A stretch of DNA of 64,000 bases, taken from NCBI GenBank assembly GCA_964234715.1, contig OZ174277.1; one strand, written 5' to 3'. Source of the stretch: Podarcis melisellensis. Taxonomy: Eukaryota. Below, piece after piece: positions 1 to 13,776 of this stretch (positions are counted from its first letter, which is position 1; each line of letters opens with the position of its first letter). The translations under genes were made by a program, and so were the position numbers. Below the pieces are notes generated by a model. The model ran no database searches and was not told where the DNA came from. It worked only from the letters and a program-made list of their open reading frames with translations.

Positions 1-1449
1 TAAACATGAGATTGAGGCTGGTGAAGTACAGCTTGCATTATACTTAAATAGTACTATTATTGCAACTTTCGTGTGCTTAAGCAACAGGGCAAAAACACAA
101 TGCAAGCTGTCCCTAATATGAAGCACTATGGGTGCCTCTGGTAATGCCATCCTTGGTCAATGCTCACTCCCCCATCTCTTGTCATTCTGCTGGCACACTG
201 GATAAGCACACTGGATGTCAACTCTTGTTCCAGGAACTGCCAGTCCCTCCCACTGAAAGCTATCAGTACAACAGGAAGAACTGGGCTGACTGGAGATGGT
301 CAGAAATAGATCATATGAACTCTCTGGTGCTCCTTTACTGCCAGTAGTCCTTTTAGTTCTGGAAAGTGGTGACTGATTTCAGGAGCGACTCCAGGCCAAA
401 TAAGCTCTTAGTGTTTGTCCCAAGTTTTATCTTGTAATTTGACTAAACAAGTCATGTTAACAGCTGTAGAAGAGTTGACAGGAGGAAAATGAGAAGAAAC
501 CACTTCCAAATATGGTTGGAATTGGTCAAGAGCATGCTTCTATTTTGGCCTCATATTTCTCCCCCTCTCTTTTAATTTCATTTCTTCTTCATGAGAACTT
601 AATTTGGTTTCCTGCCCCCAAATATACCTCCACCTTCTTCTTATTTGTTTGTGGAGAGGTGAAATTAAGGTGTATCAAAGCAATTGTTATCTCATACTTT
701 CCGGTGCATTTTCCTATCGCTCTCCTTACTGCAAAAAGTATTATATTTTGGGAAGTGGGTTTGTTATGGAAGACTTTAGCATTATTTACCTGAGATACTT
801 GTACACCAGAAGCAAATGTTAAAAACTAACTAACTAACTAACTTCACAACCTGAATATGTGATTGAATTCCACCAGAAAATAGTGACAGTCTAGAAGTGC
901 CATGAATACTACTGTTGAACTAAGTTGAACATGTGTTTCAGTAAACGTACATAGAATTGCAGCAGTGATGCCTAAAAAACTTAAGAGCCTTTTAAGTACA
1001 TGGCTGTGGATTCTGGGAAAGCAACGAACTTAGAAACAAGTGTTTGCAGGTGAGGAGGGGGAAATGACTGCCCAAACATAGTTTTCTGGCCTCTATAAGC
1101 ACTTGGGAAATGGTGTCTTCATTTGCCACTTTTAAACCTGAGAGCCAGCAAATAAGTATTAAGGAAACTTCTTAGCTTGTGGAGTTTAAGTGAAACATCA
1201 TATTGGCACAGTAAGCCCATAAAGCAGAGTGAGTGGGTGTTGCTGTTACAGCAGTATCACTAGACACAACAGAGCACTATTGTGAAAAGCTCTTGCATAA
1301 CATGGGATTATATGGAGAGGGCTAGAGGTGGCAGTGGGTCTGATGCCTCTTCATGGAGTCTTAAAAGGATTTTGGCCATTGGGATTGTGGCTGAATAGAC
1401 AAAAACAGTCCCATTTGACTTCTATAGCTTTTACATTTATGATTCCAAT

Positions 1450-1585
1450 CAGGGTTTTTTTCCAGCTGGAACTCACTGGAACTCAGTTCCAGCACTTCTC
1501 AGGTGGGTGTCATTGGTATTATAAGAGAACAAGGGAGGTGTTCCTGATGAGTTATGGCCCCTCTTTTTCTTGAAAAATAGCACTA
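1450..1585. mobile_element. hAT-type MITE, family A copy 1
   Basis: Ends CAGGGTTTTTTT...AAAAATAGCACTA; core GAACTCACTGGAACTCAGTTCC shared with the copies at 25446 and 35503; degenerate 8-bp TSD (ATTCCAAT/GTTTCAGT). Confidence 0.7.
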
Positions 1586-1799
1586 GTTTCAGTGCAGAAA
1601 GCTTTGTAGTGCTATGTAGCAGTGAGAAAGCAGGCATTCTGATTCACAGCCTAGTTATGGATGCAACTTGTCTTAGTCCTTCTTCAGTTCTAACTCCTCT
1701 CTTTTGTGAATTGGGTTCCGAGTTGTCAGTAAATCAAATTGCTTCTTACACCATATCCCACCGTTAATGTCTTCTTTTCCCTTTTTCTTTGTATTGCAG

Positions 1800-2205
1800 T
1801 ATTCTGGATTTCATACAGAAAGATCTGAATCAGACCATGAAAGCCAGTGGGGTGGTAGCCCACTGACCGACACTGCCTCTCCACAATTGATGGATCCCAT
1901 TGAAAGGCCAAACTCTCAGCATCACGATGTCTCCTGTGCCTATAGACAATACTCAGACCGCAGTGCTCTCTGCTATGGTTTTGCACTTGACCATTCCAGG
2001 TTGGCTGATGACAGACACTTCCACACTCAGGCCTGTGAAGGCAGCAGGTGTGAGGCTGGCCGATACTTCCTTGGCACACCACAGTCTGGGAGGGAAGCGT
2101 GGTGGGGTTCCCGATCTGGCCTTCCCTTAACCAAATCTTCTCCTGAGAGCAGAGAAGCCTATGAAAACAGCATGCCTCATATAACTTCCATACACCGAAT
2201 TCACG
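1800..2205 (+). CDS. SIM1: Single-minded homolog 1, penultimate coding exon (406 nt)
   Basis: Translation [30 protein letters not shown]...[14 protein letters not shown] matches the SIM1 C-terminal region as I recall it. Polypyrimidine tract plus CAG acceptor ending at 1799; donor G|GTAAGT at 2205/2206; phase 0 in, phase 1 out. Confidence 0.96.
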
Positions 2206-2901
2206 GTAAGTGGTAAATGTACTGGAAGGCAGGTTGTGGTAGCAACATTGAGCCAGGAATTGAAAGGCTTGCCTCGAATGGTCTCAAGTTGACCATTTAT
2301 GGACCTAACAATGGAGTTAGGAGATATCTGTGGTCTGTTTGTTGACTATCACCTTACCTGGAAGTAGGGATGGGGGAGAATTTCAATTTGGGTCACATTT
2401 AAAGGTGAATCTATCCAATTCAGACATTCCAAAACTGTGTGAGCACCAAAACACAGCCATCCTTCAAAATTCACACTTATCCAAATTTTGCTATGCAGTT
2501 CTCCAACCAACCAGTGGTTACAAAAATGCATATATTAAGGGAAAGTGTGTGTAATTTTTTTTTTAAGTTAATTTCTGTACCACTTAATATATAAAAATAA
2601 CTCTAAATCGTCTATAGAAAACTAAAGTAGCAGTAACAGGCAACTTAAACAACAATCAAATGTTGCAAAAATACAGTTCCATAAACAAATACCACATTAA
2701 TGCAAATTGTGAATAAATACAGACCAAAATCAACATCTTCTCTAATACACCTCCCTCTCAGCCTCCTGGCTCTCACCCAGAGCCCAAACAAACTCACTGC
2801 TCACCCTCATAATCTCACAAAAAAAAGAGAAGATTCTTGGAAACTAGATATTAGTGAGAATGACAAACAAATACATTATATTTGGAAAAATTGATTTTAC
2901 C

Positions 2902-3033
2902 NNNNNNNNNNNNNNNNNNNNNNNNNNNNNNNNNNNNNNNNNNNNNNNNNNNNNNNNNNNNNNNNNNNNNNNNNNNNNNNNNNNNNNNNNNNNNNNNNNN
3001 NNNNNNNNNNNNNNNNNNNNNNNNNNNNNNNNN
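2902..3033. other. Assembly gap (132 N) in the last SIM1 intron
   Basis: Run of N. Confidence 0.99.
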
Positions 3034-3509
3034 ATTTCAGCCAGTCAATTGTTATTATTCTGCATTATAATTATTGTAATGTATTTATGGCCCACATTTT
3101 CCCCAAGTTGGGATTCAAGGTGGCTTGCAACATTTAAAACAACATTATAAAATACAATTAATAAAAAAAATGCTTGAAATACAACAGAACACATTTAACA
3201 CCAACAAATTATATGGCTACTTGTAAGTTAATTCTGCTTGCATAGTAGGACTTCCAAAAGTGTGACCATGATTGAAGTGTCAAGCATCTTTAAAATTAGG
3301 GAATATTTTTTCTATCAGAAATGAAGTTTTACACTCATTGGCCATATTTGACAAGTGGGGGCATCCCTTGTCAATCATTTAATACCATAATATGGCATCA
3401 GGTGAATCCGATCTTTGCAGAAAGCAATGGGACTTGTATTTGGTGCAAAATTTAAATAGTGCTGAATGCAAGCCAATTATAATAATAAAAAAGCCTTCCA
3501 ATTCCAACC

Positions 3510-3600
3510 CTTCCGATGTCTTCTAAAAGTTGTGTAATTCTTTATCTCCTTGACATCTGAAGGGAGGGTGTTCCACAGGGAGGGCACCACTACCAAGAAG
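3510..3600 (-). mobile_element. L2 LINE ORF2 3' fragment
   Basis: Minus-strand translation VVVPSLWNTLPSDVKEIKNYTTFRRH is homologous to the end of the ORF at 23766-24422. Confidence 0.75.
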
Positions 3601-4198
3601 CCTATAACGAAAGAATGATGAGGAGTCCACTCTAAACTGTGCGTTTTTTGTTGTTCTTTGGCAGCTGTGGCTTTACCTGTTTCACACCTGATGTCAGGTG
3701 TGTGTGATAGGCGGGCATGGCCAGCCAAAAATCACTTTGTGGGACAAATTGGGCAGCTGATTTGGTGCGCCTAGAGTGACCCATTAGCTGCAGGTACCCC
3801 ACCACTGCCCTAGAGTCTAAACCAGAATCCCCCAACTTGTGTGATGTTTTGAACTACAAATTCCATAATCCCTGACCACTGGTCATACTGTCTGGGATTG
3901 AAGGTTGCTAGAGCCTAAGAAGATCTAGGTTGGCAAAGGCTGACTTGGATCATGACAGGGGAGTTCTGTCAGTTGTGCCCTTCTGCTGATACTTCAGTGT
4001 TGTGAACTGGTCGCAAGGTCAAAGAAACAGGTGGTGGGGAGGCTTAATTTCACCATTTCATGGTTGCAGAAGACTTGTAGTTGTTATAAGAGTTATATTC
4101 CCACGGAATGTGCATAAGGTCTGAATGTTCTGCTGTTCTCTGACTGTGTACAGCCCGTTGCTGATTGCATCTCTCCTTTGTTTTACCCCACTTTCTAG

Positions 4199-4938
4199 GA
4201 AGAGGGCACTGGGATGAAGAAAGCGTTGTCAGTTCCCCAGACCCTGGTTCTGCTAGTGAATCAGGTGACCGATACCACTCTGAGCAGTATCAGGGCAGCC
4301 CACATGAGCCCAGCAAAATCGAGACTCTCATAAGAGCGACTCAGCAAATGATTAAAGAAGAAGAAAACAGGCTGCAGTTGCGGAAGTCGACTCCCGATCA
4401 GCTGGTTTCCATTAACGGAGCAGGGAAAAAGCACTCTGTTTGCTTCGCAAGCTACCACCACCACCAGCAACAACAGCTGAGAGGAGATGCCTGCAGGGTC
4501 CCTAGTGTCACCAACACATCTCCCTGCGAACACACACAGCAACAAGATGGGAAGATGATGAGCCCTCACGACAATGACTATGACAACAGCCCCACGGCAC
4601 TGTCTAGAATAAGCAGCCCCAATTCTGACCGAATTTCTAAATCCAGTTTGATACTGGCTAAGGACTGCCTTCAGTCAGAAGTGTCGCCTCATCAAACTCC
4701 AGGGGATAACTCTGCAGAATCCCCAAACTATTACAATTCCCATCGGCAGTACTTTGATAAGCATGCATACACGCTAACAGGATATGCTCTGGAGCACCTT
4801 TACGACAGCGAAACCATCAGGAACTATTCTTTGGGTTGCAATGGGTCACACTTTGATGTGACGTCTCACCTACGGATGCAGCAAGATCCAGCACAGGGAC
4901 ATAAGGGGACATCTGTTATAATAACCAATGGAAGCTGA
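4199..4938 (+). CDS. SIM1: Single-minded homolog 1, last coding exon
   Basis: Acceptor TTTCTAG ends at 4198. G(2205)+GA rebuilds a Gly codon, giving ...[29 protein letters not shown]...[17 protein letters not shown]...[12 protein letters not shown], the SIM1 C-terminus. TGA at 4936-4938. Confidence 0.97.
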
Positions 4939-7900
4939 TGGGTGTTTCCCAACCCCCTTTTCATTTCTCTTCTTTTTTAAAAAAGTTTGTGCTAGGAAAA
5001 TATCTTTGCAGTAGTAACAGCAGGCACACGTGTTTTGATACCCTTCCTGTTACTGGCATTTGATAAAACTACAATGCACTAGAGAGAATACTTGTAAGGT
5101 ACTGGGGAAGTGTTGCTTTATCTAAGTTACTGTTGAAAATGCACTGGTCTCAGTTAAGGTTACAGTAGTCAGTTGAATCACAAAGCTGATGCTATATTGT
5201 GGTGGTGGAGAGCTATGCTGGGAGCTTCTGGGGTACATCAAGTGAGCAGATTTTTCATTGTGTGGTAACGTAGAGAGAGCGACTGAATTTCTAAGCCGCT
5301 GGCTACGTGCCACACCCTCATAAGACAAAAACTGCTATGCACTCTTTCCATGAAAAAGAAAGTGAAATGCAGCCCCCCCCCCATTTTAAAGCAAAGCTAT
5401 CTGCGCAGTTTCATATTTATACTGGTCCTGCTTCTCCAGTGACTGCAAAGAATGGCTAGATAAAAGTTAGAGGGCTGGTGTGGTTCTTTGATAGGGTGTT
5501 GGCTATTATATGGGTATTTGACCTGGAAGATGACTTGCTGGACGACAACAAACAGACAGGGAGAGACAGAAGGGCGGTGAGCCATTCTTATCCTGGTTTG
5601 GAGTAGCAGAAGAGATGTAACTGCCAAGGCCATTGACTCCTGGGGCCTGGGGCACCCGATCATTTTTTTAAAGTGGCAGGGGTCTCTCAATGTTCAGAAG
5701 GGGCCCCAGTGCAATGTCAGGACGTTGAGTGCTGCTGCGCATGGGTCCCTTCAATCTTCTGGAAACTGCATAGTTATACAGGAGAGGAGACTATCAGATT
5801 GTGATCACTTTGTGGGAAATGGTTACATTCTGGGAAGGAGTATAGTAGAAGATAGAGCATAGTGGAAGTTAAGCACGAAAAGGAAGAGCATTCAAACATA
5901 ATTTCCCACAACTTGGCATGCCCTGTCCTCGGTCTAAGAATAACTGAGTTGTGTGTGGAGAGAGAACTTCCTGATTTGCTAAAATAGATGTGGGGAACAT
6001 TTGGCCCTCCAAAAAGATGCTGAAGTGCAATTCACATAATCACTAGCTGTTGGCCAGGCTTCCTGGGGCTGATGGGAGCTGTAGTTCAGCTACATCTGAA
6101 GGGCCAAAGGCTCATCCTACCTGTGCTAAAAAAATAGAAGGGATTGTGGGAAAGTCCAACATAAGTGATGTTAGAGAGGCTGAGGGTCAGAAAACAGGTG
6201 TGTCAGAAAAACAGAAACACAACTCGGAGGTGGGGGAAAAGGAGGGAAAATTCAGCAAAACTGTGGAGAATGGTTGGCTTGCCCAGTTTCAGAAAATTCT
6301 GAAAATGCATCAAAGCTGGCAGGGATGATATGAAACAGGCCAGTGAAGTGCAACTTTCAGTGGTCCCATAAGAGCTCTTTGGGAATGATTGGGGTTTATG
6401 CAGAGGCCCCAATGGTTGCCGTGAAAATGTTTTGCTATCGTACAAGTATCAACACAAAGAGAAATTCATTTTCCGGCAACCATTTTTGGCATGCGGGGAA
6501 GTATAATGCCTCCTCTGTCACATGCAGAGTTGGTCAAGCAAGTGGGCTAATCATGAGACCTGGTATTGATTCAATTATTCCTAATGTTTAAAATTATCAA
6601 CCACAACCTTGCTGTGACATCGGGAAGCTTTGTGAATTACTGCCACCTGGTTTCTGAGGCATCTTCCAGAGAGATTAGTCCATGTTGGCTATTTAATGAG
6701 CATTTATCTTGCTTTGTCTGTGGGGTAGTAGGACGGCACTGCATCAAGGAAGTGTTATCCCTCACTTTCCACTACATGCCCCTATCACTTTCCTTATTGG
6801 AAAATGTCTGATCTTTGGGGGGAGTGTGTTTTGCAAGATGGATTTTCCAGGATGTATTTGAATCCCACTCAAAAATTGTGATAGTCTGGAAGTATGCTGG
6901 GTCTTTAGCATATGATGCCCTGATGTTTGTAAGCCTTTCCTCATAGCCGAAAGTGTGAAATCCACTCACAACGGCACTGCAGTAATGATGCTTTGGATTG
7001 GACTGTGTTTATGATATTCTGCATCATGCAGTATCCTCTATGCTTCTGACTAGCTTTGAAATCCCTGTGACAGGTGCCGAGCCCAGACTCCAGAACCCCT
7101 AAAACGCTCCACATAATGTAGTTGAGATTCCTGCATTGCAAAGAATTGGACTAGATGACTTTCAAGGTCCCTTTCAACTCTACAACTCTACGATTCTATG
7201 TATCCCATGTGGAAGAAGTGATGCCTAATGTGATACAACCATGTTACTGAATACAGCCTTTGATAATCACAGTATGAGTCTGGCAGCCCATTCCCCCCAC
7301 CCACATACTGCTGACATAAATCACTATGAAGAAGTGCCACTGGCAAACATGGTTGTGCTGGGTTAGATCTTACATGATGCATCCATGTGTATGCTCTGGG
7401 TGGAAGGTTTTACAGTGTCTGCACATTCTGTCCAAATGTCTGAAGAGTATGATGCTGCAGTCTAAATCTACCTTCTACCCACTCTCCCCTTTCAGTGTAG
7501 ATTCATTTAGGGTTATGGTAGCAGTGTGCTGTATAAAAAGAAAAAAAGAAAGCTGAGATTCTATGGATCCCAACAAGAGTTGTCAGAGTCCGATAGTGCA
7601 CTCTAGAGTCTGTTTAAGACCTGAAAGGTAATCCATTTGGTGCAGCTGTTTAAGTTAGAAAGTCCATATGCTTGAGCCTCAGCTAGATCTCTTCACAATG
7701 AAGTGCTTATGCAATGCCTCTGCCTGGTTATGACAACGGCCACCTGTTAATTTTAAATGGTTATGTGTTCTATCAAATTTTAAATAAAAATTACATGCTG
7801 TTGTACAGCATATTTTACAAAAAGGATAGGAGAGGATTGAAGGACTAGGCTGTCTTCTGCATAAATGCAATTGGTCTTATTTTCAGAGCTTTAATGCCCC

Positions 7901-10465
7901 CACCCCCAATTAATATTGCGAAATGGTACATTAATACACCCAAAAGGTGGGTATTGGGTTTAAGATTCAATGCTCCAAATCAGTTGAAACGTGTGCTACG
8001 ATTTTGGAGTGCTTAACAAATACTGCAAAATGCATGTTGACGTGATGTTCTTCCTCATCTGGAAGACTTCCTGGGGGTGCTTGATTTTTTTTGTTTTTTG
8101 TTTTAAAACAACAACTAAATGGTTATTTGCTTTCTTTTGCTAATTGGACACTTGCTTTCTTTTCACTGAAACTCAAGTCTTTTTCATCACAGTTTGAACA
8201 TTCTTTCATGTATCTGCCAAAACCTGGAATCTATCCCCAGAGCTAAAATGCACTTAAAATTAAAGCACGAAATCCAAAATCCAGCCTTTCTGTTGATTTT
8301 GAGCTTATATGCAGTCAGTTTCCTCTAACTTTCATGTTTGCTGTATAGTTTTGGTGCAGATGCCTTCTGTAGAATGATCTGCTCCCAGGAAAACCACAGA
8401 CTGGGTTTAGCTCTGGCCTGGGTGATTCTGATAGGAATTATATTACTTTATTTGTTTATGCATTTAAAAGTTTTCTTATTTCGTCACATGGCTTTCCTCT
8501 GATCTTTCCAAGAATCTGGAAACAATGCAAGTAAAACAGCAAGGCTACTCATTCCCATCAAAATAGCATAAACTGCCATCTATCTGAGGCTGTTCTTTTA
8601 TTTCTGGTTGACTGTTACCTCCAGAATGTGCCTCAATAGAAAATTAAATATTTTGATAGAGAAATTCAGAAGCTTTTGTTGTTTTTGCAGAATAGGCACT
8701 GCAATGCATTTTTATTTTGCATAATAAAACAATATCATGTATTTATCATGGAGACTACCGTAGGACAAGCTAAGGACAACTGATGCTCACTTCAAAGACA
8801 GAAAAGTCTTGTGGTTTAATCTTGGCTTCAGATGGGAAGAATATACCTGCTGATAAAAGATGGCTCATTTATGAGTTGTGGCACTCTTCATGGTAGGAAA
8901 CAGTAAAGCTGGCATTAAAGACAAAGACTTGGAATTCAGAAGGTGGCAGAATGAGCATTAGATGCCTTTGCTAACGCAGTTTTGGTAGCCACACTTTCTG
9001 CTGCAGTTGCCTAGCCATGTGCTCTTCTATTCTGAACCAATTTTTTTGTTTGTTTGTTTGTATGTATGTATGTGTGTTGAGGGGGTGAGGGCTTCAGAGG
9101 GAAGGAGAAGGCAGGAGAGTCCTGTTCTGTGAATGGAACATGTTACAGTCCAAGCCAAAGTGTCTTGTCCTAGCCAAGTTAGGTGCACTTAAGCCACTGA
9201 AATCATACCCTTAATTGCACCCAGCTTGGCCACGATTGGGCTGAAAAATCGAAGTGTCCAGTTCTAGTCACTGCTACTAACCTCTCTTTTTAACAGCGAA
9301 AACAAATATGCTCAATTATTATTGTAGTCATTTAAGCTATTTATAAAAACAAACTCTTATTTATTTTTAATGCATGTGGCTTACTTTTCAAATGAAAAAA
9401 GTGTTCTTAAAACCGAGCAATTACATAAGCTTATTATGAAAGAACAGTGTTTTACTTTAAGAAGAAAAGAGAAATTAATATGCACAACTATTTTCTGTTA
9501 AGTATTGATATGGTCTTATTTTTCCTTAAAGGGATTTTTTAAAGGTCAAACATAACTGCATCCAAGAGCACTTCTAAGATAACGATGCATTTTGCTTTGT
9601 TTTTTCACGGATATGCAGACACCCTGTTTCTAAACCAATTGGGTGGTATTCCATTGGCGCAAGGGCATGGGCTTTGAATTCATCAGGGAGGGGTCTGCTA
9701 ATGGTAAACAGATTTCTGTGGGGACTGCAGGGTGGAGGGGACATCAGCAAAAAACCCTACCCTCCTCCTATTCCAGTAGTGGATGCCTTCTGTTGGAGCA
9801 ACAGCAACAGCAGGACCAGCTGGATTCTATCCACTGACTTAAAAGCAGGTCCCATTTATTCTAAAAGAAATCAATTCCAAATAAGCATGCTCAGGTTCAG
9901 TTAATAAGGTGATTACTGTAAGCATATTTACTTGGAGTTCCACCAAAATCAAAAGGTCTTTTATCCCATATCCAGCACTCTAAGACACATACTGAGCTCC
10001 TTTTGCGCTCACAGGCATTTCCGATAGCTCAATGGAATGGGCTGCTCTATGCATGTAAAGGAATGTAGGCATCCTCCATTGAAGTGAATGGGAAAGCTCT
10101 GAGGAGCACTTCAGAGCAAATTGTAAAACTGAAGAAAATGTGTTTAGGATCAGGAAGGCCGAAAGGATTACTCGCTGGTATGGCAAAAGTGCAAAGTTGC
10201 CAACATCACAAACACCACGACTTGCAATGTTCATGTTCTAGTGACATTGTAGCATAACATCTGTAATTTGAAGTTCTCCTTTGGAATGTAACGTAGGAAA
10301 CCCAACTTAGCTATGTCACCAATATCTTGAAAATTGTTTCCATTTATAATTATTTATATTGTAAATAGATTTCTGAAGTAAATTTGAAGTCAATGTGTAT
10401 AAGATGTATTTATTATGTGAAGAAATTTTTCTTTAAAAAATACAGCTACCAATATGTAGTCTCCG
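4939..10465 (+). other. SIM1: Probable long SIM1 3'UTR (distal end inferred)
   Basis: Follows the stop codon. AU-rich blocks at ~9280-9600 and ~10250-10450 with TATTTAT and TGTAAATA motifs; AATACA at 10439-10444 followed by a GT/T-rich tract. Alternative AATAAA at 7783-7788 and 8723-8728. Confidence 0.5.
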
Positions 10466-10490
10466 TCTGGTTTCTTGATTTTTTTTGCAG
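10439..10490 (+). promoter_or_regulatory. Candidate distal polyadenylation signal (AATACA variant) with downstream GU/U-rich element
   Basis: AATACA, then ~20 nt later GTCTCCGTCTGGTTTCTTGATTTTTTTT; sits at the end of an AU-rich block. Confidence 0.4.
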
Positions 10491-13442
10491 TTAAACCCTT
10501 ATCCTTTGCACAAAGGCAAACGATACTTACCTGTGCAGCATCTCACTCACCTTCTGTCATATCTAAACTAGGTAACTGTGTGCCCAGTATTAGTTTACAA
10601 TATGATATCTGCCCAGGCCACAGTTATGATTATGCTTCATGAGAACTTAAGACAACCCAGTTCACACAGATTTTAAATTAGACCTGAGGCTGTTGGGGAA
10701 AATATTTCTGAAGCAATACCATTGTTATCTAACTGAGAGCCCACTCCAAAGAAGTATCTACAGTTAAGAGAGTCTACTTTGAGCTGCCACCACAACTATG
10801 GTGGCAGCCCACACCTGGGAAGCAAGGGTGAGAGTCAGTTTGTTTCCTAACTTGTTTATTACTGATAAAGTTGAAAGGAGGGTTGTTATCTTAGTGGCAA
10901 CTGGGGATGCCTAAGGCTACTAGGACTCCAAATGTATAAATGCATTTAGCACAAAAGAAATATCTCCGTTATCCTGAAGGCGATGATCAGACAGGCTGCT
11001 TGAAGAAAAACAGCTGATTCTGATTTTTTAAAAAGGGGATAGCTTGGCTTCCTGTGATCAATCTTCCAAAGTATGGTAGTAAATATGCTAAACTGCAGGT
11101 GCCAGCAGGCTTTGAGGCAAATAACTTAATATGGTTCTGCTTTGTAGTGTTGTCAAAATAACCAATCACAAGTACAACTCCGTTATTTCATGATTCTCCA
11201 TTATGAATGAATATGAATGATGTTTACTGTTGGAAACTGATAGCATGTGGGAGTAATGCAAACATATCACCGTTGGAGGAATTCCTACAGAATATATATT
11301 TTAAATAATATTTGTTCCTGGGCCAGCTTTGCGGCATGGAATAATTCCATATGGCAGCTTGACTTGAGCTTACTCCAAAGTTAACTTAAAAATGTATCTT
11401 GGCAAAATGCAGTTGCCCCATCAGGAAACCATTCTCAGCTTCTTCTGAGGATTTCCGGTAGCTTTCTTTAGTGTGTTTTCCTGCTTCCAAATCTCCTTTT
11501 TAAAAAAAAAAAAATATAGTGTCTTCAAGGTTCATTTGGAAATAGGCAAATACCACTTACTTTGGAAGCTGTACAAACAGTGTGTGAGAGATCTGATGCA
11601 CTCAGTATCATTTAGGGTCACCATACTGATTACATTTTTAGGCGAGCACCTAAGATATATTGTGCAAGATCCAGTGATGTACATCTAATTGTGCAACATG
11701 TGTCCATTTGCACAATGAGATTTTCAGTTTTTCTTATCCTTCCATTAGCCCCAAATCTGCAAATGCTCCAGAGAGTCCCCAAATCCCACCCCCAGAGCAG
11801 ATTTTGGAATTGCAGGTGGGAGAAGAGGAAGGAGAAGCCCTGTTATGCAAAGGGACATCTGGCTGCATTATGCTGGATGTCTCCCTCTAAAGTATACATT
11901 TTTAAAAGGTAAAGTGTGAATGCACTAAATATGTGTAATGTAGAGTTGTAATTGCCTGTAGCATAGGCATTAATTGACTTTTGTATTTTAAAAGGGTGGT
12001 TCTCTAAGAAAAGGCTTATTTCTTTATTAAAATTTACACAGCGCTTGATGGTTAAAAAACCTCAAAGCTGTTCACAAAATATAAAAAAGTTAAAGTAAAA
12101 CAACAACAACAACCTTCCTTTGAAACATACAAAATGTAATGAGATCACTGAAAAAATATTGGATGTTTCTTCAAAACACAGACAGCAACCAAAAAGACAA
12201 GCAGATGTGGAAACATCCAACAACCATCTAAAGGGGGTGGGAGTTAAAAGAAAATAAATAAGCACTTGTTCAAATCCTTCCTCTGTTATTCAGCTGAACT
12301 GTTTCAAGTAAGAATCAAAAGCCTGTGATATAACTGCAGATAAAGTGCAGTTATTGCATTAAGGTTGCTTCTGAAATGACACTGGGGGTAAATTTTTGAA
12401 TGAAAGGGCAACTGATTCATTGAGGGCTAGAAAATTCAAAATAAACTGTTTTTGGAAAGAGTCCCTGAGCACAACTGCAAGCTGACCATATTCAGACCAT
12501 GCAGCTGGCTTTGCAAAATTAACCAGTGTAACTTATTAAAAACTCTTAGCATTTATATGGCGTTCAGTGTGTACAGATCCTTATAAAACCCCTGTAAGGT
12601 AGTATTGTTATTATCCTTCCAGATTCCAGTTACAGTAGCTAGATGCAAGTGAGTTGCATAAGGCTGAAATTCCATAGCTTCATTAAACTCAATGGGATGT
12701 ACTTCTCCAGAGATATGTACAGGATTGCACAGTAATGCTATTAAGTATCTCATAACTTGAGAGATTCATACACAGGACTTCCTAGTTTACAGCTCATGCT
12801 CTGTCATCCATTAAGCTGCATGACCTCTAGCTGTCGAGGAATGGCATGCATTTATATCATTCCACCCAAGAATTCTCCTTATGGCTGAAAGAAATGTGTC
12901 TGTGGCCCTCATCTAAAAGGAAAGAAGCTGTGTACCAACATAATGGCATCAATATTCTTAAGAAAAGCGTAAAGCACAAGATGAAGGGAAAAGTCTTGTA
13001 CTCATTTGGTCATGGAAGATGTTTTCAAAGGCATCATGATCTATCACAAGATGTTTGGTTGCTGCCAGGCACCAATATCTATTTTTATTGGACACCCCCC
13101 AAAACTTGCATAATGCAGCACTTTGTTTTGGAATTAAATCTTAGACTACCACGTTGGTAATAGTGCTGCAATTGTTGCTAGTTCATTTAATGATAGGCAA
13201 TGTATGAGAGAGGGCTTGTGTTTTAAACAGAACACCCAGTAGCTTTCCTGCAAATGAAGCATTTAGTGAAAAATTACAATTTGTAACATGCCAGAGTCAG
13301 GGAAATGAATGGTGGGTGGGGAAGGAAGGAATTTTGCTTGCTAAAAGCAATTTCCTGAAACTTCCGGACAGACAAATTTCTGTTTTGGTTATTGATGTGG
13401 ATGACTTGCTTATGTTTAAACAAAATAAAAATAAAAATTCCT

Positions 13443-13776
13443 TAAAGGTAAAGGGACCCCTGACCATTAGGTCCAGTCGTGACCGACTCTGGGGTTGCAG
13501 CGCTCATCTCGCTTTACTGGCCGAGGGAGCCAGCGTACAGCTTCCGGATCATGTGGCCAGCATAACTAAGCCGCTTCTGGTGAACCAGAGCAGTGCACAG
13601 AAACGCCATTTACCTTCCCGTCAGAGCGGTACCTATTTATCTACTTGCACTTTGATGTGCTTTCAAACTGCTAGGTTGGCAGGAGCAGGGACCGAACAAC
13701 AGGAGCTCACCCCGTCACGGGGATTCGAACCACCGTCCTTCTGATCGGTAAGTCCTAGGCTCTGTGGTCTAACCCA
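13443..13776 (-). mobile_element. Sauria SINE (near full length)
   Basis: On the minus strand: tRNA-like head with B box GGTTCGAATCCCC, the typical body, and an (ACCTTT)n tail (plus strand TAAAGGTAAAGGGACCCCTGACC). Confidence 0.88.

Noticed and set aside
1767-1799. N-terminal parts of the ORF calls 1767-2216 and 4165-4938
   Set aside because: These are intronic polypyrimidine tracts read in frame; the true exon starts are 1800 and 4199.
2902-3033. Two N runs of identical length (132 nt; also 29728-29859)
   Set aside because: Most likely assembly placeholders or masking; there is no sequence to interpret, and ORFs spanning them are artefacts.
13316-13744. 142-aa ORF
   Set aside because: Chance frame running antisense through a Sauria SINE.
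13700-13776. tRNA gene
   Set aside because: It is the tRNA-derived SINE head (B box) continuing into the SINE body, not a standalone cloverleaf.
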